DNA of 22,496 nt from Tubiluchus corallicola (GCA_030141605.1 JAQGDQ010000649.1:29289-51784); one strand, 5' to 3'. Shown: positions 9,191 to 22,496, numbered from the stretch's first letter. Translations and numbers: made by a program. Notes: generated from the letters alone by a model not told the origin.

Positions 9191-9855
9191 GACGTCTGCT
9201 ACAGACTTACCAAACTTTTACGTAAACAACAAACTTTCCTACGTCATTAACTAATTCCACAGTCTGTCATTCACCTTCACTTTCATGATTGCACAGCTCT
9301 ATAAGCTATTCTACCCTCCTTTGGACAGCAAGACAGGCATGGCATAGCAAGGTAAATTACTCCAATTATGCGCCTTTTCTGCCAGAACCGACAAAGCTGA
9401 TTTCCTTTCTATTTTGCTCCATTTATTGTAACGTTTCTATTTTACATTGCCCCTGGTCTCGTTTGCGTTTAAGCGCATTTTCTTTGGTAAAAATGTAGTT
9501 GTTGCGCCTGAAGGAACGAACATTTTCGTTTTCTTGCTAAATCTGCTGGGAAGTTTTGCGGTAGCACGTCAGGCGTATTTTACCGCTAGCAGGTTGCGAA
9601 AATTGTTTACATATAATTAATAAATTTAATATTTTTCCAATTTTTTTAAAGCAGAATATTAAAAATATATTCGCTATTATTCTTTTAGTTGTTATAATTC
9701 AAATTTTTCGCTTTAGTTTTCATGTATAAATCACACGCGCGTACGGACGGTATAAGTTTGTGATTGGATATAAAATGAACTAACGATCGTCTGCACAATG
9801 TATTTTAATAGCCTTTGTACTAATTACGTTATATTATTACGTTATTATTATATTA

Positions 9856-10095
9856 TATCATATCATATCATATCATATCATATCATATCATATCATATCC
9901 TATCCTATCCTATCCTATCCTATCCTATCCTATCCTATCCTATCCTATCCTATCCTATCATATCATATCATATCATATCATATCATATCATATCATATCA
10001 TATCATATCATACCATACCATACCATACCATACCATACCATACCATACCATACCATACCATACCATACCATACCATACCATACCATATCATATCA
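9856..10095. repeat. Compound pentanucleotide microsatellite (TATCA)8(TATCC)12(TATCA)11(TACCA)15(TATCA)2
   Basis: Read directly from the sequence. It is flanked by TATTA units in the same register. Confidence 0.97.
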
Positions 10096-10712
10096 TATTA
10101 TATTATATTGATTTTTGTTTTGGATGAAACTTCTGCGTGGTTTAACCTGAACTTACACTTAGTATCCGCCAAAGGATTTTTCTCTAGATAACAGAAATTT
10201 TAAGAAAGTGCAATTACCAAATGTATTAACACCAGGAGCAGCTCATACCCTATAATAACCTGACACTGTGCGCGTAGTCATGGTTACACGGTATGCAGCA
10301 GCTGCAGTAGCAATCGTGTATCAAGGCCATCTTCAAGGATGACATTTCATCAAAATATCTGGCCTAATCTGGTGAAAGTTTTGCTCCGCGGAGCTTGAAG
10401 GACAAATATCTAAAACCGTTTCAGTTTCTGTAATCCTTTTCATTAGCTTTTACACGCTTGGGATCATGGCCATCGATACATGGGATCATCCTGCCGAAGC
10501 TTTAATTTGTTTGGCCGTGGTGATTTATAGGTCTATCGGTAAACAGTCTGAGTCTTGTAGAATGTTTATTCTGTTTCTTTACAGTTTCCGAATTGCGTGC
10601 CCTCGGTTTGTTGATGTAGATGTAGTTTAAATGAGCAAACACAGACCCGGCCAGATGGTAAAGGTAACGCAAATATGAGGTACTAAAATCTACAAAAAAT
10701 GGTTTTTCAAAT

Positions 10713-11198
10713 GTCGTTAGACATATCAGCTAACCAAAACAAATACGTAGGTTTAGTTTATAAAAATGTGTTTAACAGAAGAAATACACGATAGTCGGTA
10801 GACATATCAGCTAGCCAAAACAAATACGTAGGTTTAGTTTATAAAAATGTGTTTAACAGAAGAAATACACGATAGTCGTTAGACATATCAGCTAGCCAAA
10901 ACAAATACGTAGGTTTAGTTTATAAAAATGCGTTTAACAGAAGAAATACACGATAGTCGTTAGACATATCAGCTAGCCAAAACAAATGCGTAGGTTTAGT
11001 TTATAAAAATGTGTTTAACAGAAGAAATACACGATAGTCGTTAGACATATCAGCTAGCCAAAACAAATGCGTAGGTTTAGTTTATAAAAATGTGTTTAAC
11101 AGAAGAAATACACGATAGTCGTTAGACATATCAGCTAGCCAAAACAAATACGTAGGTTTAGTTTATAAAAATGTGTTTAACAGAAGAAATACACGATA
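10713..11198. repeat. 81-bp minisatellite, 6 near-identical copies
   Basis: The unit starts GTCGTTAGACATATCAGCTAGCCAAAAC at 10713, 10794, 10875, 10956, 11037 and 11118. Confidence 0.97.
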
Positions 11199-11986
11199 CT
11201 CCGTCAGTCATTAATGTAATCTTTGTGATTTGTAACATTCGTGAACGTATATCGTTAATAAATAATCATTATGTTGTAGCATTTATAACATCATACCGTT
11301 AAAACACCTTCCATTTTCTCTTGTGCGTAATAAAAAAACCGTTTTTATACCAGACTTTATGAAACTATGTGGAATTTTACAATACGCATAGAGTTTTGAA
11401 GTACACGGAGCTGTCGACAACCAAAGCACACCTTGTTGTAAGAAGAGATACTACTCTTGAACAAGGCACTTGTTGGATGTCCATTGAGATTCTAATGCAG
11501 GAAAACCGTCAACTGATAAAAACGTAAATCCCACAACCATATAAAAATGATAGTAGGACCTTGTAATCATTTTTGAGAAACAAGCAATCGTGAATTTTAG
11601 ATTTCTAATTATCAATGCCTTTACGTTTTATTGTTTTACTCCATACACGCTAAGGTTTATATTTGATGATCATGGTGCATAAAACAAAAATGGTTGCTTT
11701 TTACGTAACGCATTTGTAAGGTACTGTGTCAAAACGAAACTGAAAATGTCTACTTGACCCAAAACTGTGCAACTTTTAGCATGAGAAAATGACATTCCAA
11801 CGGGGTAATGATACGGGTTGAAAACGTATTTTTTCAAGTATTATCGTAAATTGGCTACTAACTGCTTTCCAAATATAAACGCTTATTTGCGCAACTGCAA
11901 ATTACACATTTAAGTTATGTAAGTTGTATTTAAGTGAATCATTCAATCGAGTAACTTCAGTTCGTGTTTCCCTTTGTACACGGGCT

Positions 11987-12486
11987 GGTGAAGTAAGTGT
12001 TCCCTTAATTTGATGAAGTAAGTATTCCCTTAATTTGGTGAAGTAAGGATTCCCTTAATTTGGTGAAGCAAGTGTACCCTTAATTTGGTGAAGTAAGAGT
12101 TCCCTTAATTTGGTGAAGCAAGTGTACCCTTAATTTGGTGAAGTAAGAGTTCCCTTAATTTGGTGAAGTAAGTGTTCCCTTAATTTGGTGAAGCAAGTGT
12201 ACCCTTAATTTGGTGAAGCGAGAGTTCCCTTAATTTGGTGAAGCAAGTGTACCCTTAATTTGGTGAAGTAAGAGTTCCCTTAATTTGGTGAAGCAAGTGT
12301 ACCCTTAATTTAGTGAAATAAGAGTTCCCTTAATTTGGTGAAGTAAGTGTTCCCTTAATTTGGTGAAGTAAGTGTTCCCTTAATTTGGTGAAGTAAATAT
12401 TCCCTTAATTTGGTGAAGCAAGTGTTCCCTTAATTTGGTGAAGTAAGTGTTCCCTTAATTGGGTGAAGTAAGTGTTCCTTTAATTG
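11987..12486. repeat. 25-bp minisatellite, 20 copies
   Basis: The unit is GGTGAAGTAAGTGTTCCCTTAATTT, with variants GCAAGTGTAC and GTAAGAGTTC. Confidence 0.97.
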
Positions 12487-12992
12487 GGATAAAAGAAAAA
12501 TCCAGATACTAATCTGAGTATCAACTATAGGCATAAATTTTTCTCTACGTGGTTTTTCTATTGGATTAAAGATCATAAAAAACGCTATGCCATATTCTGT
12601 CATACAACTGTGTCATACAACTACAACGAATCAGCAAAACTTGCAAATAGGCAAAAATACTAAAAAAATTGATTGTTTTTCTTATTTTAATATATTATCT
12701 TGTTTTTTGTTCACACCAAATATTTCATTGTATAATTATAAGTTATTTGCAGCAGTCTTTGCACTAACACATTTTTGTCACATTAATCTTACGCTGAGTT
12801 AAGATTGTAATGACCAATGGTCAAAGAAGCTTCTCAAATATTTCGTCGTAAAATTTTTTAGGAGTTTGTTGCTGTAAAATATGTTAATTTTTGTGCAACA
12901 AAGGTTACGTTAAAGGCTTTTAAAGATGCACTAGTTTTTCAAACACATTTTTAAGTTTCGTAGATGGCGTGAAGGAGGAAACGGTGTAAGAT

Positions 12993-13100
12993 CAGGGCCG
13001 GCCTTAGGTAATTGGAGGCCCTAGGCGAAGTGAATTTGGTGGCCCCAAATGAAATAGGAAAATAAAAAGTAAATACGAAAAAAATAAAATTACGCAATTT

Positions 13101-13185
<85 letters not shown>

Positions 13186-13276
13186 TGGGAGGAAGGGAGG
13201 GAGGTAGAGAGGGAGAGGGAGAGAGAGAGAGAGAGAGAAAGAGCGTGGGAGGAAGGGAGGGAGGTAGAAAGGGAGA

Positions 13277-13367
<91 letters not shown>

Positions 13368-13476
13368 CAGTATGTTCGCATCAAGCAAAAAAATGTTACC
13401 TCGGCGTGAGGCCCCCCCCCTGGAGGGTGATTCCCTAGGCGGTTGCCTAGTTTGCCTATGCTTAAGGCCGGCCCTG
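12993..13476. mobile_element. Non-autonomous hAT-type DNA transposon (MITE) carrying an internal (GA)n tract
   Basis: Perfect 14-bp TIRs CAGGGCCGGCCTTA / TAAGGCCGGCCCTG. Perfect 8-bp TSD TGTAAGAT at 12985-12992 and 13477-13484. Subterminal CCCTAGGCG motifs occur near both ends. Confidence 0.92.
13104..13364. repeat. (GA)n microsatellite with two GCGTGGGAGGAAGGGAGGGAGGTAGA interruptions
   Basis: Read directly from the sequence. It lies inside the hAT MITE. Confidence 0.97.
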
Positions 13477-15448
13477 TGTAAGATAGTCGAGTTATTTAAA
13501 AGATGAGTGTGTTCAATTCAAATATAAAATTTATTCAATTTTTTCTGCCTGCTAATGCATTTAATAGTTCCTGCACAAGTTTATTATCGTTTGCACATCA
13601 TCAGTTCAGTATCAGCTATGAAGAGATTTGAACTTTAATTTTCTACAGGTTCAGATATCATTCGATAATTTCATTTCTTCAACTTAGTCGTTATCAAGAT
13701 GGCATTCATTCTTGCCGTTATTCACTTGAACGGTGGTTGACTCAATTGTGAGATTCTCCATTCTTTCCCTCAAGCGTAAATCCGTTCAAGCTCAATATCC
13801 TTGAATGCCTCTCACTTTCTTTCAAAAGTATCAGAGTCCCTTTTATCTGACTTGCAACTTAAAATTCCAGCTGGGTGTAATCGCTGCGTGACCAGAGATA
13901 GACTTCTAAGTAGGAGTGTATCCGTGGTGATCATCCTCATCTAATGATGACACATTCGTATATCCAACAGGGTGTAATAAGCTTTTTCACTTTTTCGTTG
14001 TGCGCACGCGCAGTCGCTTTAGGTCATAGGTTTAGTGTGCCACAGCAACGGTCATGTGACATGTGGGTAAAGCCAAGCCGTCTGCCGCATTAGTTCAGTA
14101 ACTCTGCTGTTTTACGTGGACTCGCATACTTAATTATGCTTTAATATGCGCGTAGAGTGATTTACTAGCAGGATCTTGCTTGAGAATAAGAGAAAATGAA
14201 CTAGGTAAGGTTCTAGCTAGCTGTTGAAACATGTTAAAAGTCTTACTATTACAATAGCATGGGGTGCTAGGCGTTGTCAATTGTACGCAAGTGCGTTGTC
14301 TGGTACACTTAACCTTTAACCTTTTCGCGGTCATCATCAATCGCAGGAACTGTGAAAAACTTATTGCTGCGTGACCAGAGACAGATTTCTTAGCAGCAGC
14401 GCACGAAGAACATCTAATCTAATGATGACACAGTCTTTGCGCCAAAAGCTCATAAAAAAGATGATGTTACTGAGGTGAAATAAGACACGGAGTCTTCACC
14501 TTCTACAAAATATTTGCAGATCAAATCTATTTCGTAATCAAACTGGTTTGAAGACGAAATTCGTTCTCTTAAAACTACCACAGGATATTTCAACGAACGT
14601 ATTTATGTATTTATTTCAAAAATGTTTAAATACTAGCTAGCAAGGTTCTGTTACTGGAGATAAACATCATTTTCATTTCGTACAAAGCACAATTTCTTAA
14701 AAGTTATAAGAAGCACTTTGAGCACGCGCCACGGCTAAAGTGTGAAACTGCGTTTTTATATAGCGCAAATTTACGCACAAACTTATTCACATTACAATAC
14801 GCAGCTGTGTCACTTTTACGCAAACATTTGAGCTTTCGTTGTATTGGTCTGCGTTTCGCTTGAGATTTCAAAATAACATTTGTGCAGTTAAGGGTCTACT
14901 TTAGGCAGTAAAAATGAACAGCTGGGACTTGCTGTATGGAATGCGGGTAAAACAAACAGACCTGTAGGTCGACGTACACCTATCAATTAGAGTATAGCAA
15001 ACAAAAAAGGCACTAATATAGCATGTCTATGAGATTATTATAAGCAACAATTGCTTCTTTGTTTTTTTACTTGAACTGCATGGACTGGCTTAAAATTTTC
15101 TTCCCTTCCATGGGCACTTATTTCTTTACAATCTAAATTTAAGTAATGTTTTGGAGTTTTGCAATATCAATCCTTTAACCTGCGGAAAATTTTTAAGCGA
15201 TATTCTTAATTTATTTATGTAAGTGACAGTTACGTTAGCTAAAATTTTATCACTAAATTGATATCTGGTTATTAATACATTTTTGGATGTTATTATGTTA
15301 AAAAAATTTACTGCCATTGCTGTGTATATTGCGCTATACTTTAGCAAAATTTGTAAATTAATATTTGTATCGTTTGTAACATTGCGCGTTACACTTATCG
15401 TTATTGTAAATGTACATGTAATCTTGTTGGTCTTAATGACAATAAACA

Positions 15449-16470
<1,022 letters not shown>

Positions 16471-16927
16471 CGTATCGTTATCGTTATTATAAATCCAGAT
16501 GTAATTTTGTTGGTCGTAATGACAATAAAAATACTACAACTTTAGTAGTTTTTTTTTTGAAAAGCAAAATTTGTCGAACCCGAAAGCAGTTTGTTACTTA
16601 CATGTACCTTTCAATAGTCAATACGGAAATATTAAGATATAATACCATAATTATTATTGTTTAGTTAGTAACTAACAATAGAATACTTATATAATTCGTG
16701 ATTTTACTAATTTAACTGATTCTAAGCGATCTGGACGCTAGAACATAGACTACCTACTACTTATTAATACATTCTTCACTAAGCTTATCAAAAATTGTCG
16801 CCGGCAAGCTCGTTCACAATTCAAAACAGATGCAAAAAACCTACTTTCGCTTTCTTTTTAAAAATGGCTCTACAATCAACTTTTTATAATAATAGTAGTA
16901 ATAACAAAAGGAAACTAATGTACTTAC

Positions 16928-17150
16928 CATTTTTCACAGCGCTGTTTCCTACGAACGAATTTCCATGACAGCACGAAAAGGGAAACCACAATAGAACTGT
17001 TTGGTTAGCAGGAGAAACATGAACCAGAAGATAAGAGACGTTCACCCGGGCACACACTCCATCTCCACAATGCAAAAATGAGTGGCGCTGATAATAATGG
17101 CAGAATGTGCTGAACAGTTGTACCAAGGGATAAGCTGCGCGAACGATTTA
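16928..17150 (-). other. Candidate 5' exon ending exactly in ATG; the 5' boundary is uncertain
   Basis: The minus strand reads TGA AAA ATG|GTAAGTA: a perfect donor at 16927, an A at -3, and an in-frame stop just upstream. A possible acceptor ctaacag lies at 17152-17151. Confidence 0.3.
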
Positions 17151-17312
17151 CTGTTAGACGGGGGTTCAACTATGTTTATTGGTGCATGAAGATGCTGCCA
17201 TTACAGCTACCCGCGGGACAGGTGTTATGATTCAGATAACAACCACCTGTATAGGAAGGAGTTATCGAGAGATTCGTATCCTGTAATGAAAGTTGAGAAA
17301 CGAGTGAATAAC

Positions 17313-17504
17313 ACATCAGAGAAGCTATTTCATAACTGAACTATTCTTTTATCTACAGGTGTACGAGTGGCCAGCCTACAGACATAATGATTCCACACCT
17401 ATGTCTGAACATCAGAGAAGCTATTTCATAACTGAACTGTTCTTTTATCTACAAGTGTACGAGTGGCCAGCCTACAGACATAATGATTCTCCACCTATGA
17501 CTGA
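17313..17504. repeat. 96-bp tandem duplication (2 copies)
   Basis: ACATCAGAGAAGCTATTTCATAACTGAAC...CCTATG starts at 17313 and at 17409, with few substitutions. Confidence 0.93.
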
Positions 17505-18992
17505 GCATAATTTGCAATGCATGGATGGCAGCATATTGAAGCTATGATGGTGATAATTAACTAATCAATAAGGGCTGGCATCGCATAATAATGATGTATT
17601 CACGTCTAGATTCTACAAAATGCAAAATATCTCCATGTGTAACTTACCTGCCTTAACACTTTAGGACAAATATTTACGCTTTGAATAATTATTTATGCTA
17701 CATATATATGAGCCGGCTTAGCTGCAACCAAAAATATTCGTATCTGTACAATTACACACGAAAGAAATATATTTTGTTTTTCTATAAATAATTCTTAGAA
17801 GCACTATTAGTTCAACTAATTACCGAAGACGTATTTTGTCATGTCGCATGGAAATTGCATCATGTGACGATTTTGCAAAACCGAACGCTGCATCGCTTGC
17901 GTGGTATTAGACGCCGTTCGCGTGCGTTGAACGTGTTGATTTTATTAAACATGGACTCAATGGCCGTAAAATTGTTTAATGGAATGTTGTTTTAATACTT
18001 ATAACTAACCTTGACAATCTTTTGATTCCATTTATCAAAAAATTAGGCTAGTACGTGCTGGTGCTGTTTTTATGCACCGATAATATTGAGATCAAACCTA
18101 TATGCACATTCTATTGAAATATTAAACGGCTAATGTACATGGGAGGACTACTTTGTTGGTAGATGACATTTCATGCAATGTAATATCTATAATCAATGAT
18201 ATTAATCATATAATATTAGAATTTTTCATCTCTTCGTCTTACCCTTAAAGCTTAAGCTACTTTTTATACGTTCGTAGAATTATTATTACCATAGTTCGCT
18301 CCTACTATCTACGCGTGTATTCAAACAAATAATTATAAATATAATAAAGATAATATTAGTCATTATTCGTTATCGAATTTAACACTAATTAATATAACCA
18401 AAGCTTGTAAACTCAGATAAAAGCACGTACGTTGAATTTCTGTTTCTGAAACTGCAAATTGATTTCATAAAAATGAAAAATTTCTCTGATTCTGGAGTGA
18501 AACGAAATCTAGACAATTAACGGTAAAGATGGACGAGGTTTTAACATGTTTTTTTACTTCGAATCCCATCTTTACTATTTTTAGATATTTTTCTGTATGG
18601 TCAGAACAATTTGTGATATATACCGATGGAGTGCACGTCAGAGGGAGGTTTCCCGTCTTGCTTATGTAGATCCAGTACACATTTAATTATTTTTCAAACT
18701 CACATTTCCCCACTTTTCAGTTTAATTGCAGCCTACAGTAATTCATTAAAGGTGTGAAAGTCAGGTTGAGGTTCAGATAAACAGTTGTCACTTGGTCACA
18801 TGCACCTATTTGTCATGGTCAGGATCGTTAAGTTAAACCATTGGTCATTTATCAAGTTCAGGTAACATGAAAACAGGTAAGTTAATAGAGGGTTATTCAC
18901 ACAAAAGAGGTCAGCGGCCGCATTAAAAGTGGTTAATGTTGGAGCTCAGTTCAAATAAAGTATGCCTTAATACGTTTTATAAGTATTATATT

Positions 18993-19262
18993 AATGATGT
19001 TGATGATGATGATGACGTGATGATGATGGCGACGACGACGATGATGGTGACGGTTGTGGTGGTGATAGTGGTGGTGATGACGGCAATGATGGTGGCGGTA
19101 ATGATCGATGGTGCTTCTGATGGCAATTGTGAATGAAGAATGATGAAGATGATGATCACAACGACGACGACAACGACAACAACGACAACGACGACGACAA
19201 CAACAACAACAACAAAAACAACAACAACAACAACAGCAACAACAACAACAACAACAACAAAA
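18993..19262. repeat. Degenerate trinucleotide low-complexity tract (GAT/GAC/GGT)n followed by (AAC/GAC)n
   Basis: Read directly from the sequence. Confidence 0.9.
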
Positions 19263-21366
19263 ACATTAATAAATTTAAATTTAACAGACAGACGTAAATC
19301 TCTTATGAAGCTTTCATAGCTGACTATAAACAACAAACTACAGCTACATAACAGAGATTATTTTAAATCACATTACAAGGCATTTACTCTACTATCTCAT
19401 AGGTAGGACTCATTTTTATTCAGGTCGGCTGCATACTGGTCGAGAGAAACAGCTGAATGATCACTAGCCTAGCGATGTATGCTTAGCAACCGAAAGTTAA
19501 GCAATATTTGGTTTAGTTAGTAAACGAATGTATGAGACGAGAAAAAGCGATCACTGTTTCATGTGCCATGTTGGATAAGACATTAAAACATCTCTGACGG
19601 TTTAACTTTTAAAAAAATACCCCCCCCCTGGTCAGTACTAGTGCCCAGCTTGCACACTGCGTCGAATGCGCAGTGATTTCAACTTCAATTGAAACATTTT
19701 TTAAAATACGATATAATTAAGTGAAGCAAGCTATTCATTACTGTCTATCACGCTTTTAATTTATTGCACATAAATTAAATTGTGTAGTTTGTACTTCCAT
19801 CATAGCTGTATAGGTAAGACCAATACTTCATTTTGTGGTATAATTTATTATAATTGGTAGCTTGCGGGCTTTAATTCTTGATTTCGTGATTGTAGACTAA
19901 GTTGTTTTGTTTTGATGACGTACAAATATACGAGTATACTCATTTTAAATCATGTAACGTCATCTGCAGCGTAATTTAATTGTCCTTTCGCTGTTTAACT
20001 TTCGATGCTAAATTTTAATTTATGCTGACATTAATTAGTTTAGCTAATGCACTTTATATACTCACTGCCTGGCTTTTGTACGTTTAGAACAATCGAATGC
20101 TTGTTTTTCAGTATAGCATGCCAATAGCGATCACCTTGCCTTACGTATAATTAGAAACTAGAATTAGGTGCCTCTTGCAAAAAAAGTTCTCACCATAAAA
20201 CCACGTAGACATAGCGTTGTGAACAGATGTATAATACATTTTACTAGTGCATATAATCAGGACCTCCAAGGGAAATTTTGTAAGGTGATATAAGACTCCT
20301 TTGGGGCCACGAGGCAGTCAAAGATTTGTTTCAAAATTAAGGATTTGCAAATTTTGTGCATTCGTTTTCTTAATGTACACATTAGGGAAATGGACAAAAC
20401 ATGTTCCTAGATGAATTACTCTGTAACAATTTCTATAGTTCAAAATTTTATAAAATCAGCCAAAAGGTTTAAATAAAAATACGCTGAGTCTAGTCTAGTA
20501 ACTTTGATAACTGAAGAATGGGTACAATATTTCTATTGTTCATGCAGGACTTGCATTTCTTTTGATGTAAATTCGTGTATTGTTTAATTAAGACGATTTA
20601 CTGTATTGTGTCACGCCCAGACACTATATATTATGCATTATCGATATGTGTATGCTTAACTGAAGTTATTGAAAGGAAAACCGGATGATTATGTAAACAT
20701 TAGTTTAGAATAAATAATGCTTTAAAATATTGAAAACTACAATAGCTTATTTTAAATGAAAGCTTAGATTAAATAATAATTACCTTGGATACTCAATTTT
20801 CGTTAAACTTTCAAAGCTACGCGCGGCTCAGTGAATCTACTAAGATTGGCAGCGGAGCCTTTTTGTCACATTCGTGCGGCCGACAAATAGAAGGCGGTAC
20901 CGTAATAAGCATGATCATGAACTGCAGTGTTAGTTTCTGACGTCATATGATGTAGAGTCCATTTTTCGTGACATCATGCGTTTAAACAGTACTGTAACAC
21001 TTATACAAACGTGCTTCATGCGCAAGGGAAGATGCCTGCCATTGCACAAACTGTGGTTAGTTTCTGACGTAAGCAATAGCTGTGTTCGGTTGCCGTTAAT
21101 TAACCTTCTAAGCTAATTATTCAAATATAAGGAACAATTGTTAACTTTCATAGGCCAGAAAATGTATATTTTGGACAGTAAATTAAAATGAGATTGAGTC
21201 TAAACAATCGTCCGGTCTTCTTTCAAGTTGAAAATCTTATCGATTGTTAAATTAGCACTAGTGTTTTAATACACAGACGTATTTACACCTGCAAGTGGAG
21301 AGACTTGTATCAGTTTTAACAGTTTTGTTAATCTACTTTAAATAAAATTAATAAAGATTATATGTA

Positions 21367-21396
21367 CACGCACGCACGCACGCGCGCGCGCGCACG

Positions 21397-21462
<66 letters not shown>
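21367..21462. repeat. (CACG)n-(CG)n-(CA)n alternating purine-pyrimidine microsatellite
   Basis: Read directly from the sequence. Confidence 0.95.
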
Positions 21463-21465
<3 letters not shown>

Positions 21466-22496
21466 AAACCATTAACGTCACCTCTGGTGGAGTCTCAACA
21501 TGGTGTTATAACTATAATTGCCACCCTATTTATTCGTTTGAGGTAGGTCAAAGTTAGGTTAAGTGTAGAAAACGATGTCCCACTAAATGCTGCTAAAATT
21601 TTGGAGCCTCGGTTCTGTCGTGTGATGTCCCATCCCAGCATGGTTATTCTGTCACTCCGGGTAAACACCTCTATGACCCCGGGTTATAATTTTTCACATT
21701 TTTATATATGCGACACAGGAGCATGAAGAAAGTGTTTACGTTGACTACTTTGGACATTTTTAAGCTAAAGTTTGAACAACTGTACCTAGGCTTGATCATG
21801 ATTAGTAGAATTGAACTGCAGGTGTGACGTCTTCCCACCTTAGAAACCTAGTTACCCCCAATGAAGGGATGCATTCTCGCACCACGGGTTTTATATTGTT
21901 TTTACTGCTGCACAAATGTGATTCTAATTTGCAAATTGTTTGAAATTGATTGCTAATTAGAAGTCCAAGAATCCTCTTGAATCCGCAAAGACAAAATTTG
22001 TGAGCTACCCCCCCCCCCGGCAAGATCAATCAACCCGGAAAGAAGACAGATCCGTTTTTCTGCGTTGTTGCCCTGGATCCTGCTGGGGTAGCTTACAGTG
22101 CAACTCCAGATCTGGAGATCCTTGCCTATCGGTGTCTGTAAAGTAGCTGGCTAGAAGCTTAGCTACAGTTAATTCGTAATCCAAGCTGTGACACCAATCT
22201 TTCTGATTCAACGGTAAGGGGTTCAATTGATCTTGCTGATAAGAGGTTCAAGTTTTGGTACACACGAGACCAGACGTCTTTGTTATAAGTATCTTCAGTA
22301 AGCCAAAACGTTGAATATGTAGGTTGTAGTTTATAAAATCAATTTACAACTGGGATCACATTGTAGTTTGCCGGGATGCATGCTTTTTTCAGTTATGTCA
22401 TGCCTGCAATCTAATAACGTCAGTTTTTAGCCAAATTCCATTGTCTATTGTAACCATTGAAATCCAAATGTGCACAAAACAGACATTGTATTTTCA

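Noticed and set aside
12951-13409. SL/ER-repeat ORFs (likewise 4579-4779, 9798-10127 and 18936-19336)
   Set aside because: They are translations of simple repeats.
17641-17660. Perfect minus-strand donor CAG|GTAAGT as another exon
   Set aside because: No convincing acceptor or reading frame was found upstream, and isolated donor matches are common.

Overview
This is an AT-rich, repeat-dense window from a eukaryotic genome, probably an invertebrate animal, and it is mostly intronic. I see no prokaryotic-type operon, CRISPR array or defence system. The only convincing coding sequence is one minus-strand exon (3742-4428) of a TspanC8/Tspan33-like tetraspanin. It encodes an unusually long (~205 aa) Ser-rich, repetitive N-terminal tail before TM1. 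Candidate upstream exons lie at 6565-6606 and at about 16928. Mobile DNA includes a complete 5S-rRNA-headed SINE with a TSD and a (CAA)n tail, a tRNA-derived SINE, the 3' end of a CR1-type LINE, two hAT-type MITEs with 8-bp TSDs, a 90-bp near-perfect palindrome and possible Helitron ends. There are four minisatellites (52, 47, 81 and 25 bp units) and several microsatellites, including a ~1 kb (CTA)n tract. Most ORFs in the supplied track are artefacts of simple repeats or antisense shadows. The most interesting items are the 5S-derived SINE and the tetraspanin with the extended tail. Family assignments rest on recalled motifs, not on database searches.
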